In this document: positions 13,600-25,695 of the stretch, piece after piece
How the letters are laid out: each line of letters starts with the position of its first letter
Numbering within the stretch: position 1 is the first letter of the stretch
Assembly (NCBI RefSeq): GCF_036321535.1
Contig: NC_087437.1
Location: 68,760,001 to 68,824,000, forward strand
DNA: 64,000 nucleotides
Direction of reading: 5' to 3'
Source: Camelus dromedarius
Taxonomy: Eukaryota
Program-made: the position numbers and the translations under genes
The notes under the pieces: generated by a model
What the model was told of the DNA's origin: nothing
Database searches by the model: none
The model's input: the letters and a program-made list of their open reading frames with translations, nothing else

Positions 13600-13977
13600 G
13601 GAAGGTCTGGCTACTTATTCAACAGAATTTAAAAAAATCCACCTGTTTCAGTTCTGCTTTTACCCCGCTTCCAGTGGTTCTAGGTGCTACAAATACCCAG
13701 CCTTTGCACGGAGGAGTTGTTTCTACAGGGCAAATTTGGTGTCTCTTAGATCTCTGCTTTTTGACTTAGAATCCAACTTTCTCAGCTCAGTTTACATCAA
13801 TTACCATTAGCTGTTTTGCTCTACCATTTCCAAAGTTTTGTTAAACTAACTGCCTCTCCTTTTGTTTCTGTCCTTTATGCCTTTAAAATATCTTTTATTC
13901 CTTTTGTCAGTTTAGTGAAGTTTTGGAAAGAAGCAGAGGTAAATATTTGTTCAATTTGCCATCTTTAATTAGAAGTG
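13600..13977 (-). mobile_element. Old L1/HAL1-type 5' UTR fragment
   Basis: Minus strand begins ACTTCTAATTAAAGATGGCAAATTGAAC, resembling the GACTTCCGG..AAGATGGCG (YY1-site) start of ancient L1 5' ends. Confidence 0.5.
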
Positions 13978-14349
13978 TTTTATTCTTTAGCATGGATCTC
14001 TTAAATCTCAACTTTTCTTGGGGGACTCTGACATTATATATACTACAGTATGAATCTCCTTGAATTTTGATGCCAAGGGAGAAATGGTCTAGATGAGTTT
14101 TTGAAAATTGATTCAGTTTCTCACTGGCCAGCTATGACAGCCACTGAGAAGCTCTAGATGAATTTAAAAACTGCTGATATCCTTACCCTTCAAAAGACAA
14201 AAATTTCTCGGGCTAGGCCTGGATCTGAGAATTGTCTTTATTCTTAAAAAATATGTATTCCTTGTGACTAGGCTGGAGGTGGTATAGCTGATCTTTTTTT
14301 TTTTCAAAAAATGATTGTTCTAATCCAGTTTACTCTCCATGTCCTCAAC

Positions 14350-15100
14350 TGAAAAGAAAGTGTTGACATTATTGCTTTGATCCTGAGGATAATTTAATTC
14401 AACAGAGTACCTAGATCCTTTGCTTGTAATACAAGGAACACTTACTTAAATTTAAGAGGCACAACAACTAGTCCAAGAAAAATTAGACTTGAGGAAATAA
14501 TGTAAACTAAAATTGCACATAGCAAAGTTTGTGATAGTCAGAAAACTGACTCAAGGATAATATCTCACGGGGATACTGAGAATTGCAAAAATTGACCCAG
14601 GCAAAATTAGACCTATGAGAAACAAATATAACAAAATATAACTCAGTGCAGCTAAAACTACACATAACAACATTTGGTATTGACTAAAAATTGATAGAAA
14701 AATAAAATATTCTTCACAAAATTTAGATCTGCAAAAATGACTATAAAAATGGATTTGGTAGGATTAATAAGCACATATATACAAACACAGAAACCCTACA
14801 TGCAAAATGCACTATGATTGATGCAGTTCAATATGAACAAAAGATCTTGATCTTTCAATTATTTATTGTACAATTTATACAGTGAAAGCACTGATCACAA
14901 TAAAGACAATTTTACCAAAGAGAAGGTGAAAAAAAAGAAAAAGTTTAAAAGCATCGTATAGAATATTGATCAAAGAACAAAATTGGTAAATGAAATTTTG
15001 TTCAGAAAATACTGTCTCTTCAAGAAGTAACAGCATAACAACATTCATAGAATCCTGATTAAAATATTTGCATGTGTATCTAGAATTTAAACATTCTTGT
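14350..15100 (+). mobile_element. Probable fossil hAT-Tip100 (Zaphod-like) transposase N-terminal region
   Basis: A-rich degraded coding-like stretch. 14890-15009 reads TDHNKDNFTKEKVKKKKKFKSIV*NIDQRTKLVNEILFRK, and KNGFGRINKH...HAKC lies upstream. Confidence 0.45.
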
Positions 15101-15219
15101 TGTCAAAATCTCACTTGTCCTTAAAACATTCTCAAGCTGGTATTCATTGCTAGAACAATTGTTTTCTATAAATAATGTCATATGAAGACATGGGTAGAAA
15201 AGTACAAGAGTGTGTGGTC

Positions 15220-15668
15220 TGTGGGCAAAGAATGTTGCCTACCATTTCAGTAAACAAACAAAAAAACCATTGCTTGCCATTTTGGTAAACAATGAATATT
15301 GCTGGCCATCAAGCCATGTGCCCTGGGTGAAATTCAGGATGGAGAAGAGCAGGATAATGGCCTAGATAGTTAAGATGCATATCAAAGGAATAATTTCAAT
15401 GAGCCCAGACTCTTGCATCTTCCCACACATAGACAAGCATGAAGATCGTTAACTTGAGATGTCTGTTTTTTGTGATTAGCAGTAATCTTTGATGTTTGAC
15501 TATATTTTTTTCAGCAAAATCTCCTACATATCCTGGCTTCTCCCTTATCTCTTTGGAACAGTTCCTCAGAGCGATCTGAGGCTGTCTCCCTGGGTATATT
15601 CTTCAGTAAGGTCCTCAAATAAAACATAGATTTCAACTTTTAGGTTGTACTTTTTTTTTTAGTTCACA
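15220..15668 (+). mobile_element. ERV1-class solo LTR with 4-bp TSD
   Basis: TG(15220)...CA(15668), AATAAA near 15618, flanked by GGTC at 15216-15219 and 15669-15672. Confidence 0.88.
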
Positions 15669-16205
15669 GGTCTCACTCAGTACATGACATTGAAGCTCAC
15701 TATAACCTAGAAATCTTTTTAAATTTAGCCAAGAACCTCACTTTCTCAGCTCTCTGATCTAAGTCTGAGAGAGATGTGGCTGGGATAGTATTTTGCATAC
15801 AGTGGTAGATTAGTGGTGTTTGTTGAATTATGTTTTACTGAACTAACTCAGTGGAATGTGCTCAGTCCTTGAAGACAATTTGTTTACGGCCCAGATCATT
15901 ATTCTCTGTTTCTTGACCTGTTTATGTGTCCCAAGATCTAAGTACTTTCTACTTTCAGCCTATGCAGAGAGCCCTCCCCTGGCGATCTGACTTGCAGATA
16001 CCTCCTGATTCCCTGCAGATCCTCAGGCCAGATGAAGTGTGTCACCTTTTAATTCTAATTTAAGTTTTTTGTTTTCCTTCCCTAACAAATCTGCCTTGAG
16101 TCTTGTTTTACCCTTTATCTATTTTCTGTCGATCACCCCTTGAATAATATCAAACTTTGTGCTAGATACAAGATAAGAATTGTTTGTAAATGTATGATAA
16201 AAAAT

Positions 16206-16410
16206 TTGCAGATACTAACTACTCTATATAAAATAGATAAACAACGAGGTCCTACTGTATAGCACAGGGAACTACATTCAATACCTTGAAATAATGAAAA
16301 AAATGAAAAAAATATGAAAAGGAATATATATATATATAACTGAATCACTATGCCATACACCAGAAATTAACACAGCATTGTAAACTGACTATACTTCAAT
16401 AAAAAAAAAA
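16206..16410 (+). mobile_element. 5'-truncated young LINE-1 3' end
   Basis: TGCAGATACTAACTACT...GTATAGCACAGGGAACTACATTCAATACC...GTAAACTGACTATACTTCAATAAAAAAAAAA. Confidence 0.92.
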
Positions 16411-17354
16411 TCCTTAATCTGTACAGAAAAGCAATACCACAATTCTAAGGGGAAATTAGAAGGTGGAATTTGTCAGAGCAGCTCACGGTGAGATGTATGG
16501 TCTCTGCTCAAGAGAGAGATGGCCCTCAAGAAGTCTATGTTGGGCAGCAAAACCATCCTGTTTCTTAGGCCAGCTTTCAATGTGGCTTCACTTTTTGTTT
16601 AAAACGCAATCTCAGAACACAAAGGAACCTGTATACAAAGAAGCAAATACATAAACAAATATTATGCTAAATATCAGTTATTTGAATTGTGTCACTTTAG
16701 ATTATACTCATTGCTTTGTGTTTCCATTCATGCGAATCTTTGAAGATTGATTTCTTTGTAAAACCTGTTCAATTTTGCAATAAATACGTACATATTAAGG
16801 AAACCGTATGGAAAAGAGGAAAAACATTACTAGTATGTATATTTATGACTACTTTGTAAACAAGTATGGGTAGAAAAAAATTGTGAGAATGTTTCTACTG
16901 TGTTTGGCAGAAGAAAACAATTTTTTTTAAAGCTGCAATATTTTTAAACAGTCAATTCACAGTTCAAGAAAAATACAGTACAGAAAATAAATTATGTTAA
17001 AAAAGCATTACTCTCTACCTGATAGAAATACGTAAAACAGAAATAAAGAAATAAGAAAACAGCTTAGAACTTGAAAGAGCAATTAGAGATCATTTAGAAT
17101 AATCTTCTTATGTTAAAATGAAGAAATTAAGACCCAAATAGATCAGATGGTTTACCCAACCCCAGAAAGCTAATGAGTAATTGTCTGTTTTCTAGGGCAA
17201 ACATATTGCACATGTTAATTTGTTTTTTTCACTTAAAAGAGATGTTACTGGTAATCCACCTTCTGCTACCTGAAGCACTGCAGAGTTGTATAGTTGACAG
17301 GTCATCTCGGAAGCTGAATGAATTGGGGAGACAGAGGAAGGCAGGTAATCAAAT

Positions 17355-17560
17355 TTAATGAGCATTCAATACATGCCAGACAGTGCTAAGTTCTCTATTG
17401 CTGCTTTTAGAATTGTTGTGTAACAATGAAATAATTCATATATTTATCAATGACAGGCTTTAGCGTTGAGAGCGTGTGTGTAAATTTGCCAAATGTCCTG
17501 AAATAGATACTGGAGTTAGGATTTGAACCCAAATCTCTGCCTCCAAAATACATTCCACTA
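17355..17560 (-). mobile_element. MIR SINE
   Basis: TTTAATGAGCATTCAATACATGCCAGACAGTGCTAAG...AGGATTTGAACCCAAATCTCTGCCTCCAAA. Confidence 0.75.
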
Positions 17561-17761
17561 AGCCAGAGAAATGAAAGATAATTTTCCATGATGCTGACAT
17601 TTCTGCATGTCTTCTGAGCCACTGGAATGACACTGGTTTACAAGCAAGCTTGGGAGCTGGAGTTAGTGTCTTTCTAAAGATAGAGTTCCAGCTAGACCTT
17701 CAAAGACAGTTAAGTCTCCTACCTCTTCCCAGAGAAGATTCCTGCTTACTTTCTATAGTTA

Positions 17762-17762
<1 letters not shown>

Positions 17763-17794
<32 letters not shown>

Positions 17795-17795
17795 C
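17763..17795. repeat. (AAC)11 microsatellite
   Basis: Perfect trinucleotide run; explains the poly-Thr in ORF 17650-17877. Confidence 0.97.
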
Positions 17796-18506
17796 CAAAA
17801 AACACAACTACTCTCTCTCCATAGGGGAGGATGAGAAGGTACACCAGCAGCCCCTTCTAAGATCAGGAATTTCTTAGACTCACTGTTTCCAGGCTGTGAC
17901 ACAGACCTGAGTGTGCAGCGCCTGCCTGGGATGGTTCCACATTGCCCCCAGGGCCAAGGGAAACTGATGTGAACAATACCATGCCATGAGTAAGAGACTG
18001 TCTATATTACCCATGTGGGCTCATTGTTACCAAACAAATTTACAGAAGAGAGGAAAGCAAATTTTAGGAGCTGCTCGACCATTTGATACACCCTACTTTG
18101 CCAAACCAAAAACCTGCCTGCCAGCTTTGTGGAGAGTGTTTATTCATTCTCTTACGAAACCAGTGCTCACCCAGTCAGATCATTTAATTGTGAAAAAATA
18201 CATGAAATTTCTCAGGCCCATTGGTGCTAGCTTAGATGCCAAGGAACTCGTTAAAAGCCAGGGGAGGTAAAATAATAGGTGTTAATGAGATCCAGTAACA
18301 AAGAGAACAGCAGTTATTTGCTAATTTAATTTAGTTAATTTACAATTTTGTTAATTTCTAAAAGCTCTCATTTTCTTTCTGAGTCTCTGCTGTTTGTTAT
18401 CATTTAAGAAATGATTCCATGAGCATTTCTTTGGTACTCCCAATCAGGAGGTTACCATTGGTGGTAACCATTTCTAACTAAATGCCCACCTTTTGCCAAC
18501 TTTGCT

Positions 18507-18550
18507 CTTTTTTTTTTTTTAAATATGTATTTTTATTGAATTATAGTCAG
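18507..18550 (-). mobile_element. Extremely truncated L1 3' tail
   Basis: Minus strand CTGACTATAATTCAATAAAAATACATATTT-A(n) resembles the L1 terminus at 16385-16410. Confidence 0.6.
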
Positions 18551-18551
18551 C

Positions 18552-19021
18552 CCCAGAGCATGAGGTTGTCTAGGAAAGTGAGAGCAGCCCTAGGGGATAC
18601 ACATTCCATAGTAAGGTGAAAGTAGATTTATTCAAGGAGGTACACATTCATCGACAGAGTCCAGGCTGTCTCAGATGGCGAGAAGCAGCAGGATATGGGG
18701 TTGTTAGTTTTTATGGGCTGGGTAATTTCATGGGCTAACAAGTGGGAGTATTATTCCAACTATTTTGGGGAAGTGGAGGGGATTTCCTGGAGTTGGGCCA
18801 CTGCCCACATTTTAACCTTCTATAGTTAGCTTCAGAACTGTTATGGCACCTGTAGGTGTGTCATTTACCATGTTAATGTGTTACAGTGAGCATATAATGA
18901 GGCTGGAAGTCAAATCTTCTGCCATCTTGGGCCTAGTTGGTTTTAACCAGTATTTGTCTTATCCACAATGGCTGTGTCATTCTTTTAATGGTTGTGCCCT
19001 GCCCCCTTCCTTCCTGTTTCA
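18552..19021 (-). mobile_element. ERV1-like LTR
   Basis: Minus strand starts TGAAACAGGAAGGAAGGGGGCAGGGCACAACC; AAGATGGC (YY1) motif; AATAAA on the minus strand near 18628. The left terminus is obscured. Confidence 0.7.
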
Positions 19022-21184
19022 TGCCCAGCTTACTCCCTCATTGCTACCAGGATCTGAGTATATGACCTCCCTTCCCCCCCCAGCCATCCGCTCCACACAC
19101 ACACTTGCCTGACCTGCCCTGGGTCAGCTGTGTCCTCTGCAGCAGTGGGTTTTGAGAACAGAGACAAAAGACGTGTTTAGACAGCTGAGCAGGATGTAAT
19201 CCTCCAGTCTCTTCAATAACAACCGTGATAAAAGGAAGATGAATACGAGGGCTAGGGAGAACTGTTTGTGTGCAAGCAAGAGTTCGTGGTTAATTTCTTC
19301 TCACTGAAAAAGTCTCTAGCATGAAGCAGACCATGGCAGACAGAAGTGCTCTATTTCTTGTCAGGAGAATTAACTAGTTTTTCATTGTGGGGAGATGGGA
19401 AAAAAAAATAAAGTCAAGTCATCAAAAGCAAAATGGTCACAGTTATTCTTTGTACTCCGTTCATACCTTTGTGCCAGGCGGTGAGGCCCATTGAAGATAT
19501 TAGGTCATTAATTTCCATAGTATCCTTGTAAAAGAGGACAATGGAAACTAATTATCCTTATTTTATAGATACGGAGAGTAGTAAAGAGACCTCTCTGCAG
19601 TCTGTGTAATTCATTGGTAGTAGAATCTCAAACCCCAATGTAATTTCACAGTAGTTCATGGTTTTGATGTAGTCCTAAGGAAGCAAAGACCCATCTGGGG
19701 AGGGAGCATGTCACTGAGTGCACGTCCCTATATTGGAGGTCTGTGAGCCTTTCTCACATTCCAAAGATATTCTCCATTTCCGCAGAGGCAGGGCAAGACC
19801 CAAGCAGAGAAACAGAGATTAGGAAGTTCATGTTTGTTCAGAAACAAAATCAAGGAGAGCACTTAACCAAGCAACTGATTCACTGGAATAAAGCCATGTC
19901 GTCGGTACCAGATATTTTCAAGGTTTTAGAAAAATCACAGAAAACATCCTTCCCAGACCCATCAGCTTCTTGTTTAATAAAGTGGGAAGGTGCCCCCGCA
20001 GGTGTCGTCGCCTCACCAATTCTCTCCATCCTCCCTGAAACAGACTTTCCTTGGGATCAGAACTTCTCTGCAGGGTCAGGAGAAAGAGGAGGGAGGGGAA
20101 GTGGAAATGAGGCTGTAAATAAGACTAAGAAACATGTTAGGTGATTTTAAAATGGTGGAAGTGAATTTTACTTCCTAGAGCCCCAGGAAGGGGGAGGTGC
20201 ATTGCGTAGCTGGCAGTTCAAGGAAATCCTGAAGAACATGTAAGTGGATACAAAGACTGATAATAAGCAGTTGGGCAAAACTAAGCAAAAAAAACCAAAA
20301 CAACAACAACAACAAAAAAACGCTCTTTCTACCATAGGTGAAATGATCAGAAGTTTGGAACATAGAATTAAAATAGAAAAGAAAATGAACAAAAAATACT
20401 AAAGGAAATTACAGCTGTAGTGTTGCTGTTTACTGTGTTTTGATGTAGTCTGGGCATGTGTACTAGAACCTTCTGTGTATACATACACACACATATATAT
20501 ACACATATATTATATATAATATATGTAATACACACACAAGGAAATGCGTACCAAAGCCTGTCCCTGCCATATTTACCCAAAAAGGCCACTGGAAAAACAG
20601 CTGGTTCTGAGCATGTGGAGCCATCCCAGGATGGAGCATTCATCAAGCCCCTGTTAGGGCCCCCAGAGAAGACTGGCTGCAGGACCTTGGTGATGAGAAG
20701 TGGAGGATGGAAACCCTTTGCTGTGAGGGATCAGTAGTTAATCCAAGACAAAAATTATAACGAAGGCAGCAGCCTCAGCAGAACACAAAGCTCCTGTGGA
20801 GCTAGGGCTAAATATAACAGAAAAGAGAAAGAGGAAGGAAGCTCAAAGTCATGTAGCCCATGAATGAGAATGTCAGACGCCTGCATACTTGAACTTTCAA
20901 GGTTTATGAGAGCGCCGGATGGAGCAGAAATTCATGCTACACGTACACTGTGTTAATTATCTTTTCAATTTCCTCCCACTCAGAGCTTGGGATTTTGATG
21001 TGGCCGGGATTTGATCTCAATATCCCCAGGGCCTGGATGCTTTACTGAGAGCTGGTGGTGATGGCCCAGCCAAGAGCCCACCTGAGGTGGGCTTTTATAT
21101 CACTTCCTTATCTCCTGACACCTAGTAACTCTGGGTTTTCTGGGTAATGGTACAAGCAAAACACAGGTGCATTTATATTTTATC

Positions 21185-21460
21185 CACATACTCACTCATT
21201 TATTGACCAATAATTATTTAGCAACTATTATGTGTGAAACCAAAGGCAGCCTAATGCAGGCAAAAGACAGAAGTGTACATCAGAGTCTCAGCTCCTTAAA
21301 AAAAGATAAAATATTAGATTGAATTTAGTGCTGTGAAAGAATTGGAGATGAAGAAACATGGGAATTCAGAGGAAGGCAAGATCAATTCTTCTTTGGGAGA
21401 AACCAGAAAAGGCTCAAGAGAAGAAGGGGCACTGAATCGAGACTCCAGATGGTTGGAATT
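21185..21460 (-). mobile_element. LINE-2 3' fragment
   Basis: CTCACTCATTTATTGACCAATAATTATTTAGCAACTATTATGTGTG... followed by purine-rich L2 antisense sequence. Confidence 0.6.
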
Positions 21461-21959
21461 CTCTAAGGAAGCTATGACAACCTCAACACAACAACAACAA
21501 GAAGAGAAGTCAAGCATGATTGTGTTGTCTTCAAACATGTGAAGCTGTGCTTCTCTCATTTATCTGTTTCCTGCATAGCCACATTTATCCCCCCACTGCT
21601 TTGTAAAATAATTTGAAACCACTGAACAACTAACAATGCATGGATTGTATGATTCAACTGAGAACAGCCAAAGGAAAAAGCAAATGGGAACATTGAGGAG
21701 CACTTCAGTTTGTTTATAACAAACTCTGGATTTGTCACTGAGGGTGCAAAGAAAAGGAAGACCCCTTTAATGGCCACATAATTACTCAAATGGCCACAAA
21801 ATGACTCGATACCTTCTCTTTGGGCAGCTATCCTGAGTTTCTGTTCTTTGCAGATGATCTAAAATGGTAATCTCTCCTCTAAGAAATTTCATTTTGAGGG
21901 AAGGACCAATATACATATGTTCACATGTAAATACACCCCCAGTGTATTCACTCACTGGT

Positions 21960-22140
21960 GGGCGCCACTTTACAGTTTGTAAAGGGTTCTACAGTGTTGT
22001 GTTCAAGTTGGGAACTTTATGAAGCGAGTTGGGCAGATGTTATCATTAACCTTATTCGATATAAGGTCAAGGAGAGTGAGCCTCGGAGGGGAGAGGGACT
22101 TGTATCCAGTCAGGCAGCTAGAAGTGAGATCACTCCACAC
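21960..22140 (-). mobile_element. MIR SINE
   Basis: CACTTTACAGTTTGTAAAG...GAGCCTCGGAGGGGAGAGGGACTTGTATCCAGTCAGGCAGCTAG. Confidence 0.6.
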
Positions 22141-23099
22141 AGATTCATCTTGGTTTGTTGCTTTTAACAATAACCAGTAGGAGTCATCTATCTTTCAATG
22201 CATTTCAACAAATATTTCCAACTGTGTTACCTAGCCATCTCACCGTCTTTTGTTTGACCAGATCTTGGCACAGCTGATGTGTGTTGTGTCATAAAATCTT
22301 TCTGATTAGGACAATGGTTGCTTATCAGGTTTTTCTTAAGTGTCTTAATATTTCAAACCCAGATAGGCTCTCCAGAGGTGGCATATTGGGAATTATCCAG
22401 TGGTAATGTGGTCTACACAGCCCACAGTCTTCCTTCCAAGTCCTTCTTTTCTCAGTCGCCAGAGATATAGTGGAAGCCTACAGATGTCTGTCAGAGTGCT
22501 GTAGAAGATACTGCACACATACATTAAAAGCATTGGCTGTTTTCTGTAGATGTGTCCAAACCATACTTCAGTCTGCTAGTATGTATTGCTATTACTTTTA
22601 GCACAGAGTTCTTGCTGCCAATTCCATCCACGTTCCCTTGAAGTTACTGATGGCAGTGCTGCATTCTTGATCTTGGATTCTCAAAATCCAGGCAGAAGGC
22701 ACTACTGCATACACATGACTCCGGCTGCAGCACTGTTCACAGTAGCCACAGAATATTTAGCGCAGCTTCTGGTTCTGTGTTGTAAAAACCCATCTGCTGG
22801 GGTCCTCTAAGTTGCTGCAGGCAGGTCATGATACTCTCCGATCTGGGTTAGGAGATTTTTCTCTAGTTGTGAAGAAACAGCTGGCTGTATTTTTTTTTTC
22901 TCCTCCTTGGTTAGGGGATGGGGAGATGCCTCCGTTTTCTCCGGAAGCCCAGGGAAATTCCAAAGGCCTCTGAAGCCTTGCAGAGACTCTGTGGTGAGAA
23001 CTCAGTGAGAACTTTTCCTTTCATGAACTAATCAGAGGGCAGGGGGCTGGCACAGGTCTCTCTCCCCGCTGGGTGCTGTGGAGATTTATTTGGGGAACG

Positions 23100-23117
23100 G
23101 GACCACCTAGTGGGGCA
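23100..23117 (-). promoter_or_regulatory. Candidate CTCF motif
   Basis: Minus strand TGCCCCACTAGGTGGTCC, close to the CCACYAGRKGGC core. Confidence 0.3.
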
Positions 23118-24634
23118 GTCTGGCCAGTCTTTTCTCCCAGACTGAATGGCCTGATAGCTGAAAGGGACTAACAGTTTCTGAGAAGTGAAAAATGTGTTTC
23201 TCTGGAATCTTGAGAAAGATTCTGAATCCTGTTCCTAACCCCAGAAAACCAATCCACTTGCAACACTGCAATATTGATCAACACATGCTGTGAAAATTTA
23301 GCAAAATTATTTGGGAATAGTACCAGAATTATTTGGAAGATTATATAATCGTACTCCTCTTAAAAAAAAAAAAAAACTTAAAAAGGCAGCAGAGAGGGGC
23401 TTCCCGCTGCTAAGAATGATAAAGCTATTCTTCAGTTACGAAGATCACACACAGCTGTCCACCCCATCACAAAGGGTTAAAACTGGAGAAAGATTAAAAA
23501 TGAAATAAAACAAATAAGCAAAACCCTTCTCGTCCCTTTCTCCCCATCAGTCTGCCTCTTCCACATATTTACTCTTTTTCTTTTTTCTTTTTTTTTTTTT
23601 TTTTACACTATGTGGCATGTTTCAAACCTCACGTGTGGCTTGTGAGATAACAGAGCCTCCCTGTCAGGTAGAATTGTAGAGGATCCTCATTACCTTACTA
23701 TCTTTCATTTTTCCTTTTCCAGTAATCTCTAGCCTCTGTGGTTACACATCAGAGATCATTTTCCATAATAAAGCCTTCTCTAGGACAGTTTGTCTTTTAC
23801 TCTTTTCCCTTAAAATTCTCTGGTTGATTGTGTTTCTGATCAAGAATATTCCAGCTGTTAGCATTTCAAAAGCTGAATTTAAGAGAGGAAATTAGAGAGA
23901 GGAGGAAGGAAGATATGGTGTAATTGATAATTAGGGGAACTTCACTCTAACCTCCTCAGGATCACTCTCTGGTCTTTGAGCTAGATTTTGGAGAGCAAAG
24001 AGTTTTTATCTGAAACCCACTTTGTAGCCAGTTGGAGTCTTGTGCTGTCCTCTCAGTGTGAGCTGCCTTTGGTAAAAGGCTTATCAGTGGTACCGGGCCA
24101 GGCACTCACCCCGACTGCTCACATTGCGGCCGACTGCTGACCCAGGTGTGTACTGCCATTGACTAATGAGGTGAGGATCAAATAGAATCCAGTTGCAGCC
24201 CACAGAAAGCCAAGAATGGGCATGTTTTTGCAAATTATTCGGGGACAACACCTGAATTGCTGCCAGCTAACTGGATAAATTAGGGGAAAGAGAAGAATAG
24301 CGTCCCTTCCTCCCCCACTGCCCAGTTATTCAGATGGTCTTTTTGTGTCTTAACTCCTTTTATGGAGATACAGCCTAAAATCCAATATACCCTTAATTAA
24401 GTGTAAGAAAATACTTTGACTTATTTTGAGTGCTGGGCAGGGGTTCTCTTGCTTATTTCGTTACACAATCTGATCACATCTCCCTTGGCCAAATAAAATG
24501 TGTGAAGGGGAAAACCTTAAGGTGGTTAGGGCTACATGAGACATATCTGACATAGGTTTCCCAATTTTGACCACAATTTTTGTAGAATCACAAAGAAATC
24601 CGTAACTAAATAGATTTAAACAATAACATGGACT

Positions 24635-24940
24635 GCAAGTTAGCTAGTGGTTAGAAAGCACAAGGCTCCAAAGCTGAATCATTTGGATTTAAAACCTGCC
24701 CCCATCATTATTGGCTATGTAGTCTCTTTTGGGGGGGTAGGTAATTATGTTTATTTATTTATTTTTAATTCTTATTTTTAAATGGAGGTACTGTGGATTG
24801 AACCCAGGGCTTCGTGCATGGCTATGTAGTCTCAAGCAAGTTACTTTACCTCTTGAAGCTTTAATCCCCTCATCTGCAAATTGAGCATCATAATGATACC
24901 TCCTTAGGTTGCTTGTGGTGAGGATGGAAGGAGATATTTA
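24635..24940 (+). mobile_element. MIR SINE interrupted by a younger SINE
   Basis: TAGTGGTTAGAAAGCACAAGGCTCCAAAG...[insert]...CAAGCAAGTTACTTTACCTCT...CCTCATCTGCAAATTGAG. Confidence 0.8.
24727..24818 (-). mobile_element. 5'-truncated camelid tRNA-derived SINE (Vic-1 type) with 15-bp TSD
   Basis: B-box GGTTCAATCC on the minus strand and tail ...AATTACCTACCCCCCCAAAA; TSD TGGCTATGTAGTCTC at 24712-24726 and 24819-24833. Confidence 0.9.
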
Positions 24941-25695
24941 GGACTGAAGTAGCCAAATCTGGTTCACTCACTGGATTTCTGTGTTGGAATTCTCTCTAAT
25001 CAGAGTCATGGCCAGTCTTATGTTCTATTCCCATGTACTTCATTGGAAATTTCGCAGCACAAACTTGCAGACACTGAAAGTAGCATTCCCAGTTAAGGCA
25101 GAGTGATCTGTTAACCCAGGGGTACATTGCAGGCAGTAGGCATCATGCGCCTTTGTCAACAATATAAACATCAGTTGTATTGTTTTGGATTCAGGAACCA
25201 GATGTGTCCCTAGGCAGCCGGTCTGGGGAAGCTTTTGGCTCAGTGAGCTTAGCACTGCAGAGCTCTAGAGGCGTGGAAGAGGGGGAGCGTTGCTCACATC
25301 AATGCAGTTCTTTAGAAGCCTCCCTGTGCTGCACTAATAGCACCTTCCAGGCTCTAATACTCCTGAAATGTGTAACTGTTGGACTGAATCCCTGACTCTG
25401 GGCCAACCAAAATGTAATTCTCTCCCTATCTCTAATCATCCTCACTTCTTGATTAAATATTTATCCCCCATTACCTCTCCCTTACCCTCCAGTCTTCAGC
25501 ATTGTTTCCCTTGGTATGAACTTCTTTCCCTCCCTAAATGCTGTAGAGGATCTCCATGTAGAGTCACTGTCTTAAACACAGCTCATGGACCAATTATTTG
25601 AGTCTGGCCCAGCCCCTGGAACTCTGTTTTCACCTCAAGATTTTACCACATGAGCATCATTTCCTTATTTTTCTTTTTTATTTTTTTACATCCCT

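Noticed and set aside
19743..20144. 133-aa ORF
   Set aside because: GTG start, no recognisable protein family, no exon structure.
22368..22385. CTCF-like CCAGAGGTGGCA
   Set aside because: One base short of the core motif spacing.
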